Assembly: GCA_003427395.1 (NCBI GenBank)
Contig: BFEA01000036.1
Span: forward strand, 520,281-584,280
Direction: 5' to 3'
DNA length: 64,000 nucleotides
From: Chara braunii
Taxonomy: Eukaryota; Plantae; Charophyceae
A program made the translations under genes and the position numbers. Positions 49,401 through 64,000 of the stretch are shown piece after piece. The notes under the pieces were generated by a model. It did no database searches, had not been told where the DNA came from, and worked only from the letters and a program-made list of their open reading frames with translations. Each line of letters starts with the position of its first letter. The first letter of the stretch is position 1.

Positions 49401-51066
49401 TCTTCATCAGCAGCTGAGAAGTGAACTGCTTTCCCAGAATTCTGGTGGCAGCAATGCCAAGATGAGGACTACTACGGTGTGTCCTGCCCTGCCCTGCTCA
49501 TGCCTCACACAAATAGTGTCGCTGGGCCTACTCCAACCTCTGCTCCAAATGACCTCAATTTTGGGTCGTTTGTATCGAAGCCGGATCATAGGCCCAGAAT
49601 GGAGGTTTAGGTCCAAACAGAGCATGGTCAGCCATCCTCTTCGGCTCCAGTCCAAAACCGGCAAGCTTTCCACCTCTGCTACTGTCTTGCCCGATCACAA
49701 GGCCATGGCAATTACAGCTGTATCTGGCCCCACCATTGCCCCAAATACAACTAAAATAACCACATTTTATGTTGAGGGAAGGTGGCAGCTGACAATGCCT
49801 TGGCTAAGATGTACTGCATGGCGTACAATGCCAAGGTAGGACTGGAGGTGAGTGAGCAATCTGACCACAGAGAAAAATGAGATAGAAGCCCCCAGACATG
49901 GAAACAACATAGGCCAGGACTCCCGGAAACTGAAGAGACGTCGTAAATGTGTAGGACCAGAGGAGCACAAAGAGGCAAATATAAATCAACACTAAGAACA
50001 GTTAAAATCAGTGAGAAACAATATGTGGAAGAATCATAGTGAATGAGGCACAGTGATTGACGTTTGTTGCTTAGTGGCTCGTAGACCCTCTAGACGCCTA
50101 AGGGATCCTCAATACCTAAGGGATCTTCCATAGAGGAAACCTGGGGCCCATAAAACATGCAGAAATCAAGACCTTTGGCCCTACTCTGGCTGCATTCCAT
50201 CCGACCCTGGCTATCCCTATGATGGCATGTGTCATGGAACCGGCCAAGCAGTCTTATCCCCACATGCCCCTCATGTGCACCTGGTGTTGAATATAGTCTG
50301 GGTACACACTGTCATGGATGAACATCCATGCTGCGGTAGGGTGAAATGTCCCACACTGGGCTTCACTTTCATCCCATCTCACTTTATGAATTAGCATCCC
50401 ATCTCACTTTATGAATTGGTTAAGTGATCCACTTTTTTGGTGGCAGGTCATAGGTTCGATTACGAGTGAGTTGATCTTGGACTTCTTGCATGTTAGCAAG
50501 CAAACACAGTTTGCAATGGCTTTTTCTTTTTTTTTGGAAAATCTTCATGGAGCAAAACTGCACTACAAATTAACTCTCAATATACACTGCTTACGACCAG
50601 TTCCAACGGCCATTCACATCATTCACCCCTTTTTCAATGAGACTTAGCGGTAGCCGTCTTCCGGGTCCACATTGCATTGCACCATCTCCATTTCTACCCA
50701 GCACAGTGCCGATTGCAAATTTGACCAAAGAATGTCCCTCCTCTGATATCATCGCGCTCACGTACTCCAGCCGCGTTCCGTCATCGTTTCTCAACCTGTG
50801 AGCAATAAAAAGGGTATGCGATGCAATAGACGAGCGGGCATGCAGAGACCCCACGAGAACCACCAGACTCTGCCCTCTCCTACAAACCGTCTCCTCCATC
50901 AAAACAGGGAAACTCTTTGAGCATTCATCCCTGCATTCATTAACTCATTGCTAATCGTCATAAATTAAGCCCATATCTGTGAGCATTGGAGCAGCGTCTT
51001 TCTCTCAGCTGAAGATACGGCCTTTACCCCCCCCCTAACATCCGCAGGTGGTGCTGAAGATACAGC

Positions 51067-51898
51067 CTACCGTCTTCACCCGAATAGAACGCCCGGTCAT
51101 TTTAGCTGTATTTGATGTAACTTTCAGTCCAGATACGGCAATAATTACCGGGCGTCAGGGTCACCAGCCCGTACGTATGGTGGCCCGGGGCAGACCTCTG
51201 TACGTACGGCCGTTCGGGGTCCCGTATGGGGTCCGAACCCGATGACGTTCGGCTCCCGCCAAAAATTATTTCGGGCCCTGAAAATAATTATTTTTTTCTG
51301 AAGTTTTTTTTGTGAGTTGTCTATGACGTGAGGTACATGCCTGTAAATTTTCAAGTCATTTGGCTAAGCCAAATAAGAATTAAAAATCGCCAAAGATGGC
51401 GGTGTCAAAACGTGNNNNNNNNNNNNNNNNNNNNNNNNNNNNNNNNNNNNNNNNNNNNNNNNNNNNNNNNNNNNNNNNNNNNNNNNNNNNNNNNNNNNNN
51501 NNNNNNNNNNNNNNNNNNNNNNNNNNNNNNNNNNNNNNNNNNNNNNNNNNNNNNNNNNNNNNNNNNNNNNNNNNNNNNNNNNNNNNNNNNNNNNNNNNNN
51601 NNNNNNNNNNNNNNNNNNNNNNNNNNNNNNNNNNNNNNNNNNNNNNNNNNNNNNNNNNNNNNNNNNNNNNNNNNNNNNNNNNNNNNNNNNNNNNNNNNNN
51701 NNNNNNNNNNNNNNNNNNNNNNNNNNNNNNNNNNNNNNNNNNNNNNNNNNNNNNNNNNNTTTTTTTTTTTTTTTTTTTGGGTCCGCGTTCGGCCCGAACG
51801 GCCGAACGCATCCCCAAGGGGTCCCATACGTTCGGGCGTTCGGCCCGTCCCGAACGCCGGTTACCCTGCCGGGCGTTCTATTCGGGTGAAGACGGTAG
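51067..51898. mobile_element. Small fold-back MITE split by a nested insertion
   Basis: 30-bp perfect TIR CTACCGTCTTCACCCGAATAGAACGCCCGG / CCGGGCGTTCTATTCGGGTGAAGACGGTAG. Confidence 0.85.
51156..51868. mobile_element. Non-autonomous hAT-like element (contains a gap)
   Basis: TIR CAGGGTCACC / GGTTACCCTG, 8-bp TSD CCGGGCGT (51148-55, 51869-76), and CGTTCGG/CCGAAC subterminal repeats. Confidence 0.88.
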
Positions 51899-52205
51899 TT
51901 GAAGCCGAAAAAATGAACTCCCTTTCTGGATCCGGCTAGGGTACATCATGACTCCCATAGATTTGGGTGGCAGATCGCTCTTAAATCTTGCACGGAGGAC
52001 ACCTGTGCTGCCGTGAGACCTGCAAACCTTGCCCCAGATACGGCGGTACTTTGAGTCATTCTTGTTTGTCTTTGTCTTCACCTTGTAGACGCATGCAAGA
52101 CGTCTTCGTCTTCGTCTTTGCCTTTCCGACCTTTTGGATGTGGCAGCTTGTCCATTGTTCTCTGTCAGGCTTGGCGGCGCCTACTAGTAGCGAATGCCAG
52201 CGAAG

Positions 52206-52349
52206 ATGGTGCTCGCCAAGGGTCGGCACATCTGGCTGTATGTGCGGGGAATTATCATCGGATACAGGAGATCGAAATTGAATCAGTACGCGAACACCTC
52301 TCTTATTCAAATAGATGGCGTGAACACCCATGAGGCCGTGGTATATTAT
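52206..52349 (+). pseudogene. RPL35A: 60S ribosomal protein L35a N-terminal fragment
   Basis: [48 protein letters not shown] resembles eL33 LYVRG..LGYKRSKSNQY.NTSLIQIEGVNT. Similarity stops abruptly. Confidence 0.85.
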
Positions 52350-52971
52350 GTCATTTTACCGTATGGATTATATCGAGCACACATAATCCCACAGTCCACT
52401 GACTAAGGGTGCATAGTACTTCATACACAAAGTAAACAATGATAGATGGAGAAGAGAAATATACGAGAATTGAACCAAATTATAACAGGGCAAGGTTCCC
52501 CACCTCTTTGTGGTAGAGCGGGAAGCGTCCACACATGTGTCCGCTCAACTCACACTCACACTATATTAAAAAAGGCAAATTGGCAAACAATCACCCACAC
52601 TCCTGCTCCAGGTAAAAGGAATATCACTCTGCTGCTATCTTAGCAAGGCTAGGTTGCTCCAGTAACTTCGTGTGAAAATAGCCACAGTGGCTCATTGTCC
52701 TATGCCACTTTGTTGGTCTTGCTATCATCCTTTTTTTTTCAATCATCGTAGCATTATTTTGCCATCTTGTTGATAGTGCCGTTTTACCAGTCGATCCTGC
52801 TCACCTGTTTTCTCTTCTTTCTTCTTCCTTCTGGCTTCATTTTGCTGATCCAAGCCTATGCAAACCTTAGTCTCTGAACATAAGTCCAAATTGGTGGTTC
52901 GGCAGAAGGGCTTATGCCAAAGGCAGGTTTAGACTTCATCGTACATAAGTAAGACCATTTCTTTTCTTTTT

Positions 52972-53352
52972 GGGCAAATTGCAGAAATACCGGTTCCGAT
53001 AAGTATTGTAAAAAAAATACCGGTCCACCTCTGTATGGCCACAAATAAACCTGGAAAGTTGCAGAAATACCGTTTTCGCTAAGTTTTGGAGCAGATTTAC
53101 CCAGGTCCTCCTTTCGTGACAGAGACCCTGTACGCCCGGCCTGAGGCAAGCACTCCAAGGCAGGCGGGTCCTCTGTTGCAAAAGGAGGTACCGCCGGTGT
53201 ATTTGCTGCAAAAAAAAAGACCCGCCCGGTAAATCTGCATAGAAACTTTTGAAAAAAGGTGTTTCTGCAACTGGCATATTTGTGACAATACAAGGGCGGA
53301 CCGGTATTTTTGCTACGATACTTCTCGGAATCGGTATTTCTGCAATTTGCCC
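52972..53352. mobile_element. Mutator-like MITE
   Basis: Long TIR GGGCAAATTGCAGAAATACCG.TTCCGA / TCGGAATCGGTATTTCTGCAATTTGCCC with a 9-bp TSD TTTCTTTTT. Confidence 0.9.
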
Positions 53353-53806
53353 TTTCTTTTTCTTTCTGGCCCCCCTCGCCCACCCCCGCCTGAAAGAGAT
53401 AAAGCGGAAGCCTCATGGCTATGGCTCTTGTCCTGGTAACCCTCAGTCCAATTCCTCCTCCCATGGTAAGTCTTTAAAGAAGGTCACAAGCACACCCTCA
53501 CTCTTCCCAATTTCGGCCTTTGCAGTCCAGAGCCCTTAATTACTGAGGTAAATTGCTAACCGTGACATGACTCAGAGCACTGCGACTCAGTGAACTCTTG
53601 TTACAAAGTTGACAAGACTCGAACCTTCCATTTCGGGTGTACCCGGTGTAGTTGCCTTTATCCAGCTGTTCTTTCGTTTTCCTTTTCTGGTCTGCAGCCT
53701 GCTGAAGCTTTTCCTCCCCCTCTGGCTAGGTGTGGGATTGGCTGGAAAATTGTGCCTCCAGTTTTCCAGCTACCTGCCTGGCTGCTGACAAGATATATGT
53801 GCAGGT

Positions 53807-55693
<1,887 letters not shown>

Positions 55694-57729
55694 CATTATG
55701 TGAAGACTTGTTTGATTTGTCCTGCTCAGTGTATCCCCTGCACCACTACCAAAGTCACACTCAGGCTCTTTCTGTGGGGCTAGGGATGTTGGACCTGAGT
55801 GGCACACTATTTCTCTTCCCTCAACCACCCTCCGCACCTTGACCCCCCCTTCCACCTCTCCCTGTGTTTTCTTGATCTTGAAAATTGGGTGCATTTTTTG
55901 AATTTTCCATTCCATTGCTGCGCAGGGTGCAACCCGGCAATTGAACATTTTTGCAGCATTAATTTGGAAGCAACTCCAGCTCTGTTTCCTTGCCAAAGTG
56001 ATCTACTGCTACTGCATACTACTGGGCCAATTATGCTCTCATGTGTGAAGGNGGCGGCTTGGATGAGAGATCACTGATAAGCCTTGTGTGGGCTAAGAAG
56101 TTGGTTCATANGNACCAAACTATCTGGTCCTCATGCAGCTATATGATAAACCAGATACAGCTCCACCGGCAGAGAAAGAGATGACACAGATAATGCTTAG
56201 GAAGTTAGGATGCTATACTTTGTGAGTGTGGGATCCATGGTGTGATGTTCTTCATGGACACTTCATCCATGGAGTGATGTTCTTCATGGACACTGCATCC
56301 ATCCAGGGAGGCGTGTTGTTGCTGTGGTATGCTGTCAAGCGTCAGTCGGTTCCGTGCTATGCATGGCATGCTGTGCTGTGCTCTGTTATCCTAGTCTTTT
56401 GCTATGCTGATTACCCTCACGTTGCTGTCTGACAAGGGATATGCTGCATTTCGGTCATGGTGCTCACAGTTTCTGACATGGGGTGGCAGGGTAAGGGTTA
56501 GGCAGGCATACACACAGTTACTCAAACACACACGGTCTGTGGCATGCACCGAACTCGGGCCTCTCAGGCCCAGCATTGGACCACTTTCGGGCACTGGGCC
56601 GCCAGGACTGATTCTTTATTTTTATATTTTCTCTTCTTCAGGAAAACCAGATAAGAGTACAACCTTCTGGCGAGTAGGCTGATTGCTCCAATCTATTGGC
56701 GGGGAGCAACGCCTGCTGGAAAACGGGTCCAGCGTCCCTGCGAACGATTCAGCATCTGAAGACACTGACATCCTCCCAGCATTGATTACCCTGAAAGCGG
56801 GGGATTGACTGAGCAGATGAAAGGATGCACGTGAGAGGAATTGACAAGGGGTTGCCTCTTCGGCCCCACTGCTGGGCGCCCAACCAACTTAACTACCTAG
56901 TCCCCTTCCAAGCCAGCGAATCTGCACATTCCAGTCTTAAGCAACTGCAATCTAAACACTGAATTTCTGAGATTTATTTTTTATTTTAGATTTTTCTCGT
57001 CTGTTCCAGGTTTTGTCTGGGATGTTGTTTTTCGACTTTGTCCGGTCTGCGACGTGTCGTTTTGGCTTTTGTCCGGTCTGGGGCACTTGCAGGCCCAGCG
57101 ACCGTTTTCAGGCCTTAAGGCTCAAGCACTTTGTTTCGGGCTGAACCAGTTTCTGAGGCCCAGCCCTTCTGAATTGAACTTTACCGCCAAGCTCTATCTT
57201 CGAGGATATTCTCAAATTAATACAAATATCATGTACCAAGTTACAAATCTGTTTGGCCAAACAATTGAGTCCATTCACACCAAGAATCCAATCTTTCTCA
57301 TATTGAACACAATAGACTCTGACGCAGCAGGCACCTCGGTGTCCGGTTGGGACCTAGGCAGACCATGTTTTTGGCGTAGTCAGCGGACCATCCCCACAGC
57401 CTGCTGCCAGGACCGTTGGTCGATGCATTGATCCAACGGCCCTGGATCCTGGCAGCCCACACTTCTAGTACATAGCTGGGCCAGGTCTAGTTGGGCACAC
57501 AGTGTGTCGAGGTCACATTTCGGCATGCTGTTGGCACAGTGTTAGAGTGGCGTTAGGATTAACGCTAGTGAGATAGGAGGTTAGCGGAGCAGGAGAGATC
57601 AGCAAAGGTGCAGAATTGGAGAGGACTGACCGGGCGCGATCGCTGGGGACTTTGTCGCTGGCTATTGCCGGCCTTCCACCTGCAGCACAGGACAACTCAA
57701 GACTTCATCTATTGCTGGTCAGTAACTGG

Positions 57730-57799
<70 letters not shown>

Positions 57800-58329
57800 C
57801 ATTTGGACGGACTATTCGGGACTATCCTGAGAGACTGTTATCATTCAACTGACACATTGAGCTTCTTCTTCTTCTTCTTCTTCTTCTTCTTCTTCTTCTT
57901 CTTCTTTTTCTTCTTCTTCAACAATACCCTGACGCGCTTTGCTAAGGGCACCAGTGTTCTCAGGGAGCCTTGGTTAAGGCTGCTCGAGAACTTGGTAAAA
58001 TGGGACTTAAAGGCGTGGCGGAATTCTCGTGGCTGATGCGGCCGCAACTGGGACTGTTCTTACGGAATTCTGGCCGGTAAGGGTTATCTGCGTAGGTAGT
58101 TACTGCCGTGGAAATAAGAAATTACCCTAGGGGACTTCGTATATATTTTCGTGATAGCCAAATAGGGGCGTAATAGCAGAAGCAGCAGCGGGCTTGATTC
58201 CTCGAATTTATTTTGTAATAACCAAATCAGGGCATATTAGCTGATGCAGCAGCGGGTTTAAATTTCTTGAATTATTGGCGGCATGTATATTTTTTTATTT
58301 TTTGCTGTAGGCAGGCGTTTTTGGACCTC

Positions 58330-58700
58330 GTAATTACGTGGGGTTGCCACGGTAGCCCCTCCGCCAGTTAGGCTGCCTTGTCACGGTGCCACTGAGTTGT
58401 ACCCGCCGTTTTTCGAAAAAGAGCGGGGAAAGCTCCCGCTGCGTGTCTGTTTTTTGAAATTACAGGATGCATGCGTGTAACTGACTGGGCTACCGGGCCA
58501 CATAGAAGGGATCACGGCAGTAGTCCGCGCTGCAAGAATTAGGCCAATGAGAAATTGTACTCTGGGTTACTTCGTAAATATTTCTTTTGAAAACGTTACT
58601 CGAAATACGTGGCGTTGCCTCGGTAGCCCTTCCCCCAGTTAGGCAGTTCAGTCGCGGTGTTGCTCGGATGTACCCGCAAATTTCAAAAGAGCGGGAAAGG
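58330..58700. repeat. Diverged direct duplication ~270 bp apart
   Basis: TACGTGG.GTTGCC.CGGTAGCCCT.C.CCAGTTAGGC...TGTACCCGC...AAAAGAGCGGG at ~58336 and ~58606. Confidence 0.6.
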
Positions 58701-59079
58701 AAATACGGTGAGTCGGATTTCGAAATGAGAAGGTAGCGATCCACGGTGCACGGGTTAGTCCAATAGGGAATCGGAGATAGAGAAAGGCAGTGTTCGACCA
58801 AGGAAATGGAACGTTGGAATGAACTATTTGCGAACTAAGTCGCTAGTCTATGCTTAGTACTCTGACACGTGAACATGTGGTGAAAGCCAGTTTTGAAGGG
58901 TAGTCGTCGTGTCATCAATCGAAGGCCTATGTGGATTGGCTATATGGACTATCGGATGCCTGTTTGAGGGGCCGACACATAACGGTTGTACTAAGGAATT
59001 TGACACAACGTCTATGCTGCAGAATGGTCGTAGCCGTAGTCGCTGGTGGAAGTGCCCGTTTGGGAAGTGAGTACAGTGC

Positions 59080-59451
59080 AAAGAAGAAGAAGAAGAAGAA
59101 GAAGAAGAAGAATAGTGAAATCTTCTTCTTCTTCTTCTTCTTCTTCTTCTTCTTCTTCTTCTTCTTCTTCTTCTTCTCCTTCTTCTTTTTCTTCTTCTTC
59201 TTCTCCTTCTCCTCCTCCTCCTCTTCCTTCTTCTTCTTCTTCTTCTTCTTCTTCTTCTTCTTCTTCTTCTTCTTCTCCTTCTCCTTCTCCTCCTCCTCCT
59301 CTCCTTCTCCTCCTCCCTCTCCTCCTCCTTCTTCTCCTCCTCCTTCTCCTCCTCCTCCTCCTCCTTCTCCTCCTTCTTCTCCTTCTTCTTCTTCTTCCTG
59401 CCCCTCCTCCTCCTCTTCTTCTTCTTCTTCTTCTTCTTCTTCTTCTTCTTC
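59080..59451. repeat. (AAG)n/(CTT)n/(CCT)n compound microsatellite
   Basis: Direct inspection. Confidence 0.95.
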
Positions 59452-59735
59452 ATAGGGGTGCATGTGGTCGATGGAAGAAGGGTAGTAAGCAACGTGGGGG
59501 GGTAGAATAAATTCTGCCGCACAACGGTGCGACATAGTCCTATACTATACTGGCAAAACCACCTGTCCTGACAAAAACAAAAAAAACAAAAAAGCGAAAA
59601 AACAAAAAACTGGACTTGTGCATGGATGGCGAACACTTTTTTTTCTTCTTTTCTTTTTTTTTTTTTCTTTTTTTTTCTTGTTTTTTTTTAATTTTTTTTT
59701 TACACTTTCGACTCAAGATTCTAACAACCGGGTTA

Positions 59736-59836
59736 ACCCGAATAGAACGCTGTGCCGGGTGATTACAGCTGTATTTGGGACAACTTTCAGTCTAGAAACA
59801 GCTACAATGACCCGGCGTTCTGTTCGGGTGAAGGCG
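59736..59836. mobile_element. Copy of the 51067 MITE family
   Basis: ACCCGAATAGAACGC...AGCTGTATTTG...AACTTTCAGTCTAGA...CGGCGTTCTGTTCGGGTGAAG. Confidence 0.75.
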
Positions 59837-60079
59837 GGACTGAGGTAATCTTATTTCAGTTAAGATTCTAACTACTGGCGACGAATGATCCGTGTATTAG
59901 CGGTCAGGTACATGTGTGTTTTCGCCATACACAACTCCACAAAAGCAAAAAGTATGACTGTGCCAGACTGTTTCATCGGCAGGTTGCATGTGTCGTCATA
60001 TTCTCTGTACACAACTCCACAAAGAGAAGCACGACTGTACCAGACTGTTTCATCACACTTTCATCGAATCATCAGGAGG

Positions 60080-60081
<2 letters not shown>

Positions 60082-60151
<70 letters not shown>

Positions 60152-60257
60152 TGGTGTGTGTGTGTGTGTGTGTGTTTGTGTGTGTGTTTGTGTATGTTTG
60201 TGTGTGTCTGTGTGTGTTTGTGTGTGTCTGTGTGTGTGTGTTCGCGGGGGGGATTGT

Positions 60258-60300
<43 letters not shown>

Positions 60301-60315
60301 TAGCATGTGTGTGTC
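60082..60315. repeat. (GT)n microsatellite
   Basis: Direct inspection. Similar tracts occur at 57730-57798, 63075-63259, 44241-44280 and 46313-46471. Confidence 0.95.
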
Positions 60316-63205
60316 ACATGAGTTTTGCACGAGCACGACACGTCATACCCGTGCTACTCCGACTAACCGCGCCGCCGGCACACTGTGAGCAAGAAACAAG
60401 ACGCGGAAGGCGATTTTCCACTGCAGCGGGGTAGAACCATTCGCGTGTCCATTTGTGGTGAGGGTAAAAACGAGGCCGTTTTAAGCCGAAGTTGGCCAAT
60501 TATGTGATGGTGGTGAAACGAAGCGAGGGGGGTGAGGGCGGCTCTTTTTTCGAGGAGGCACCATTTCAGAACATTTTAAATAATTAAAAAAAAAAAGCAA
60601 TTCACTACGCATGCACGCCTTCATTAGCAAACTCCAGCAGGTCACAGAGAAGATACAGGCATCTGCAGAAAGCACCTTATCAAACCAATTCGGTGAGATC
60701 GTCATTGGTGGTAAAAGGACAGGATAACATTCGGGAATCGGAAGAGATTCTGAAAAAAGTTCAAAAAAAGTGATAAAACGGAAGTAAGAAAAAGACCAAA
60801 AGGAAAGAAAAAAAGGAAAAAGGAAAAAGGAAGGAGAGAGAGAGAGAGGGAGAGAGCGAAGGGGGGAAGAGAGAGAGAGAGAGAGGGAGGGAGGGAGAAA
60901 GCAAGCAAGAAGAAAGAAGGAACAAGATAAAGAAGGGCAGAAGGAGAGGAAGGTGGAAAGGAGAGAAGAGAGGAGAGGAGAGGGTAAAACATTGTTTCCT
61001 TGAATCGGAAGAGGGAGAGGGGGGGGGTATCTGGAGGCCACAGCAATCAAACATTAAAGACAAAAGAGGCCAGTTCTCAGAATCAAGACCATAAAAAACA
61101 TAGCTCAAAAGAACTGATGAATAAGTCCGGAAAAACAACTGATTATACCGCACAACTCACTTCTTTGCTGTCAATCCTCCAGGTAGTTCCACTCAGGGTG
61201 AGAAGGGGGAATGGGATGGAAGGGGAAATGGGGAGAGGGCATGGGGAAAAGGTATATCCTGCTTCAGCTCTATCCTCCAGATCTAGCACGCTCCTGTATC
61301 CGCATGGATCATCTCGCTGAATTGCGGGAAGGGCGTGGCAATTCCCTAAAGCGCTTTTCTGCCCCATGCCACGTGGGGCGTCGTCAGAGGGAGGGACATC
61401 TTCCATGATCTTTGGAAGGCGAGGGGGTTGAGGGGGGCCGAGGGGGGGTGTTGCGAAACAAGGATGATGGATGGTTTTGGGGACGAGGGGCGAGGTATGT
61501 TGAGGGGGAGAGGGGGGAAGAGGGTTCATGTGACAAGGGATAGGGAAGGGAGTGGATGAAGTAGAGAAAGGAGAGGAAGGAGAGGAAGGAGAGGAACGCC
61601 AAAAAGGCGCATGGTGAAGTCTCAGCCGCCGATCTATGCTCCATTGTCCCCGCTCCTCGCTATTTTTCCTAGCTAATTCGCAAGTTCCTGCGCGGCGCCG
61701 AGCTCAAAGAAAAGGCAGCAGCAACATGCGAGGAAGAGAGCTATGAAGCAGATGGTGCTTCCGATTAGCAGCGCAAAGCGTTTAGCGGAAATACGAAGAA
61801 AAACTTCCTCGGAGAGGCATGCAGCAAAGAGTGTGCTAGCTATGGCGAGATTCGGATGCAGCGTGAGGAGGAGGAGGAGCAAGAAGACAGTGTTTCGCGC
61901 GAAGGGGGATGGGCAAGGCACAGCAGGTTCGGCGGGGCAAGTGGAGACGGTCTGCATGACGCTTGGCCAGGGTGTGCCTAGGCGCAGGGTTGCGAAGTCA
62001 AAACCGGGAGGGTGCCACTCGTCGGGGACGTTACCACTTCCTCTAACTCCTGTTGTTCCTCCTCCAGGTCCCAGTCGGCGAAGAAGTCCATACCGCCCGC
62101 CACCACGCTTAACCTTGCTCAGCGTAAAACCGGAACACACCGTGCTCTACCCATTGTCGGAAACAATTACCGCACGGTGGTCCGATGAATAGCACCTCTG
62201 CGTTCTGTTCTGATATAGCTGTGGTGCCGAGCTAGGAATAGCAATCTTACGATGGAAGCTACTGCTCCTACTCACACGTTTAACGCAGCAATCCTGTGGC
62301 CAAAAACAGGACAACTGGAAAAAAAAGGAGAAAGAAAAAAGAAAAGAGAAAAGAGAAAAAAGAAAAAAGAAAAAAGAAAAAAAGGAGAAAGGAGAAAGGA
62401 AAGAGGAAGGACAAAAAGAGACGAATAGAGACGACAAAAACGGGACAAAAAGGAAACCAGGACTAATGTGACACGGGTATATTCGGGGTCCTATGCGTCC
62501 CACACCCACGTACCAAACCGACTTCCAATCCTTCGTCATAATCCGAGAGCGAGTTGCTCCCACAGCCTGTATTTAGCTGATTACATCGCACGAGGGGGGT
62601 CTTATTCGAGGCGCACGTCGGCAGAACATTGCTCCGAACTGCCTCTTATTACCGTCCCTATACTAAAAATGAAACAACGGAAAAGGAAAAGGAGAAGAAA
62701 AAAAAGAAAAAGAAAAGAAAAAAAGAAAAAGAAAAAAGAAAAAGAAAAAGAAGAAAAAAAAAAGAAAAAGAAAAAGAAAAAGAAAAAGAAAAAGAAAAAG
62801 AAAAGAGAAAGAAAAAGAAAAAGAAAAAGAAAGAAAGAGAAAAAGAAAAAGAAAGAAAGAGAAAGAGAAAAAGAAAAAAAGAAAAACAAAAACAAAAACA
62901 AAAACAAAAAGGTGAAACGAAGAAAGAAAGCACGCCCAATCACAACGCCAAATTTGGCGAGAAGAGAAGAGGAGAGGAGAGAAGAGAGTGTGTGCCTGAT
63001 CGCGGAGTCCCTCAGTCCCGCAAGTCCGGATGCTCAGCCCCCCTTTTTTTTGCCTGCTCTCTCCTCCCACCTGTATGTGTGTGTGTGATGATGTGTGTGT
63101 GTGTGTGCGTGTGCGTGTGTGCATGTGCGTGTGCGTGTGTGCGTGTGATGATGTGTGTGTGTGATGCTGCATGTGTGGTGATGTGTGTGTGTGTGTGGTG
63201 ATGTG

Positions 63206-63241
<36 letters not shown>

Positions 63242-63689
63242 ATGGTGTGTGTGTGTGTGCAACGCAGCAGCCACGTGGGCTTGGTATGGATAAACGATAA
63301 TTTTTCACGTCGCCCAGTGTTAGCGATAGCACCAATTGGCCTATAGCTCAGTCAACTCGGAACTGAACTGTTGAAACAGATGAGTGCAGTACAGAAGTAC
63401 TACAAGTCTGATTTACCTAGGGACCGTCAATTGGATGATGATATGTCAAGCCCGTCGACCTTTTTTCCAGTTAAAAAAAACGAACAAACAAGCAGCTATC
63501 GCTTTCCTCGAGAGAGAAAACCCTGACACCACCGGCAATCTTAAAACTGACACGAACACACAGAGTTCCCGATTAGTACGACTACCCTCCCTTCCTTGTT
63601 GAGAGTTAACGACGGGTAAGCAAAGTTAACCACCCCGTCGCCCAGAGAAGGGGGGGGGGTGGGGTTGAGTAAAGGCGACGAGGTGTGTC

Positions 63690-63968
63690 GAGTAGAGCCG
63701 TATCTATTGGGGGTATCTTGCAGTCTAAATACAGCGATAATGACCGTATGGTGTATACGGGGGAAGAAAGGTAGCGCTAGTTTGTCTGTCAGAACAGTGT
63801 CGGTGGGGGTGCAAACCCCTGACACGAACGGCAGTTAGTCTGAGAGAAACTAGCGCTACCTTCTTCTCACGAATACAACGTGCGGTAATGATAGCTTGTA
63901 TTTAGACTGAAAGATACCCCAAATACAGCTATACTGACCGCGCAGTGTATTCGGCGGAAGAAGGTAGC
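63690..63968. mobile_element. Two inverted diverged copies of the 51067 MITE family
   Basis: GCTACCTTCTTC..CGAATACA..GCGGT...TGTATTTAGACTGAAAG...ACCGC..TGTATTCG..GAAGAAGGTAGC (63856-63968), with a partial opposite copy at 63690-63776. Confidence 0.6.
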
Positions 63969-64000
63969 CTGTGACAGCCATAAAACCATACTTGCGGCGC

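Noticed and set aside
44178-51939. ORFs spanning N-gaps and P/S-rich ORFs (44814-47922)
   Set aside because: They are gap- or composition-driven with no recognisable family. They may be old TE debris, but a call cannot be supported.
58854-63335. Long K/R/E-, F/S- and HT/VC-rich ORFs
   Set aside because: These are translations of microsatellites and purine tracts.
63339-63360. GGCCTATAGCTCAGT as a tRNA
   Set aside because: Only an A-box-like start, with no cloverleaf or B-box.

Overview
This is eukaryotic, transposon-dense DNA with many microsatellites, N-gaps and a Nextera mate-pair adapter. The overall style (gag N-terminus MVDTR.GKST.PYT, plant-type U2/U6, plant-type glycerol kinase) suggests a streptophyte alga such as Chara, which is inference only. 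The only intact host gene is an uninterrupted glycerol kinase ORF (53807-55693). The window also holds an RPL35a fragment, degenerate U2 and U6 snRNA copies, Ty3/gypsy and LINE remnants, and several MITEs with clear TSDs. Three features stand out. (1) A 14-kb gag-only LTR element (11946-25991, minus strand, tRNA-Asp PBS and PPT) has ~5-kb LTRs that each carry two tandem type III hammerhead ribozyme motifs 149 nt apart plus a 3' portion of U6 snRNA. (2) An array of seven hairpins at 40439-41166 has a near-invariant ~20-nt loop closed by stems that differ in every copy yet always base-pair, i.e. covariation. (3) A LINE-ORF1/gypsy-pol in-frame chimera is present. All alignments were done by eye, so coordinates may be off by a few bases.
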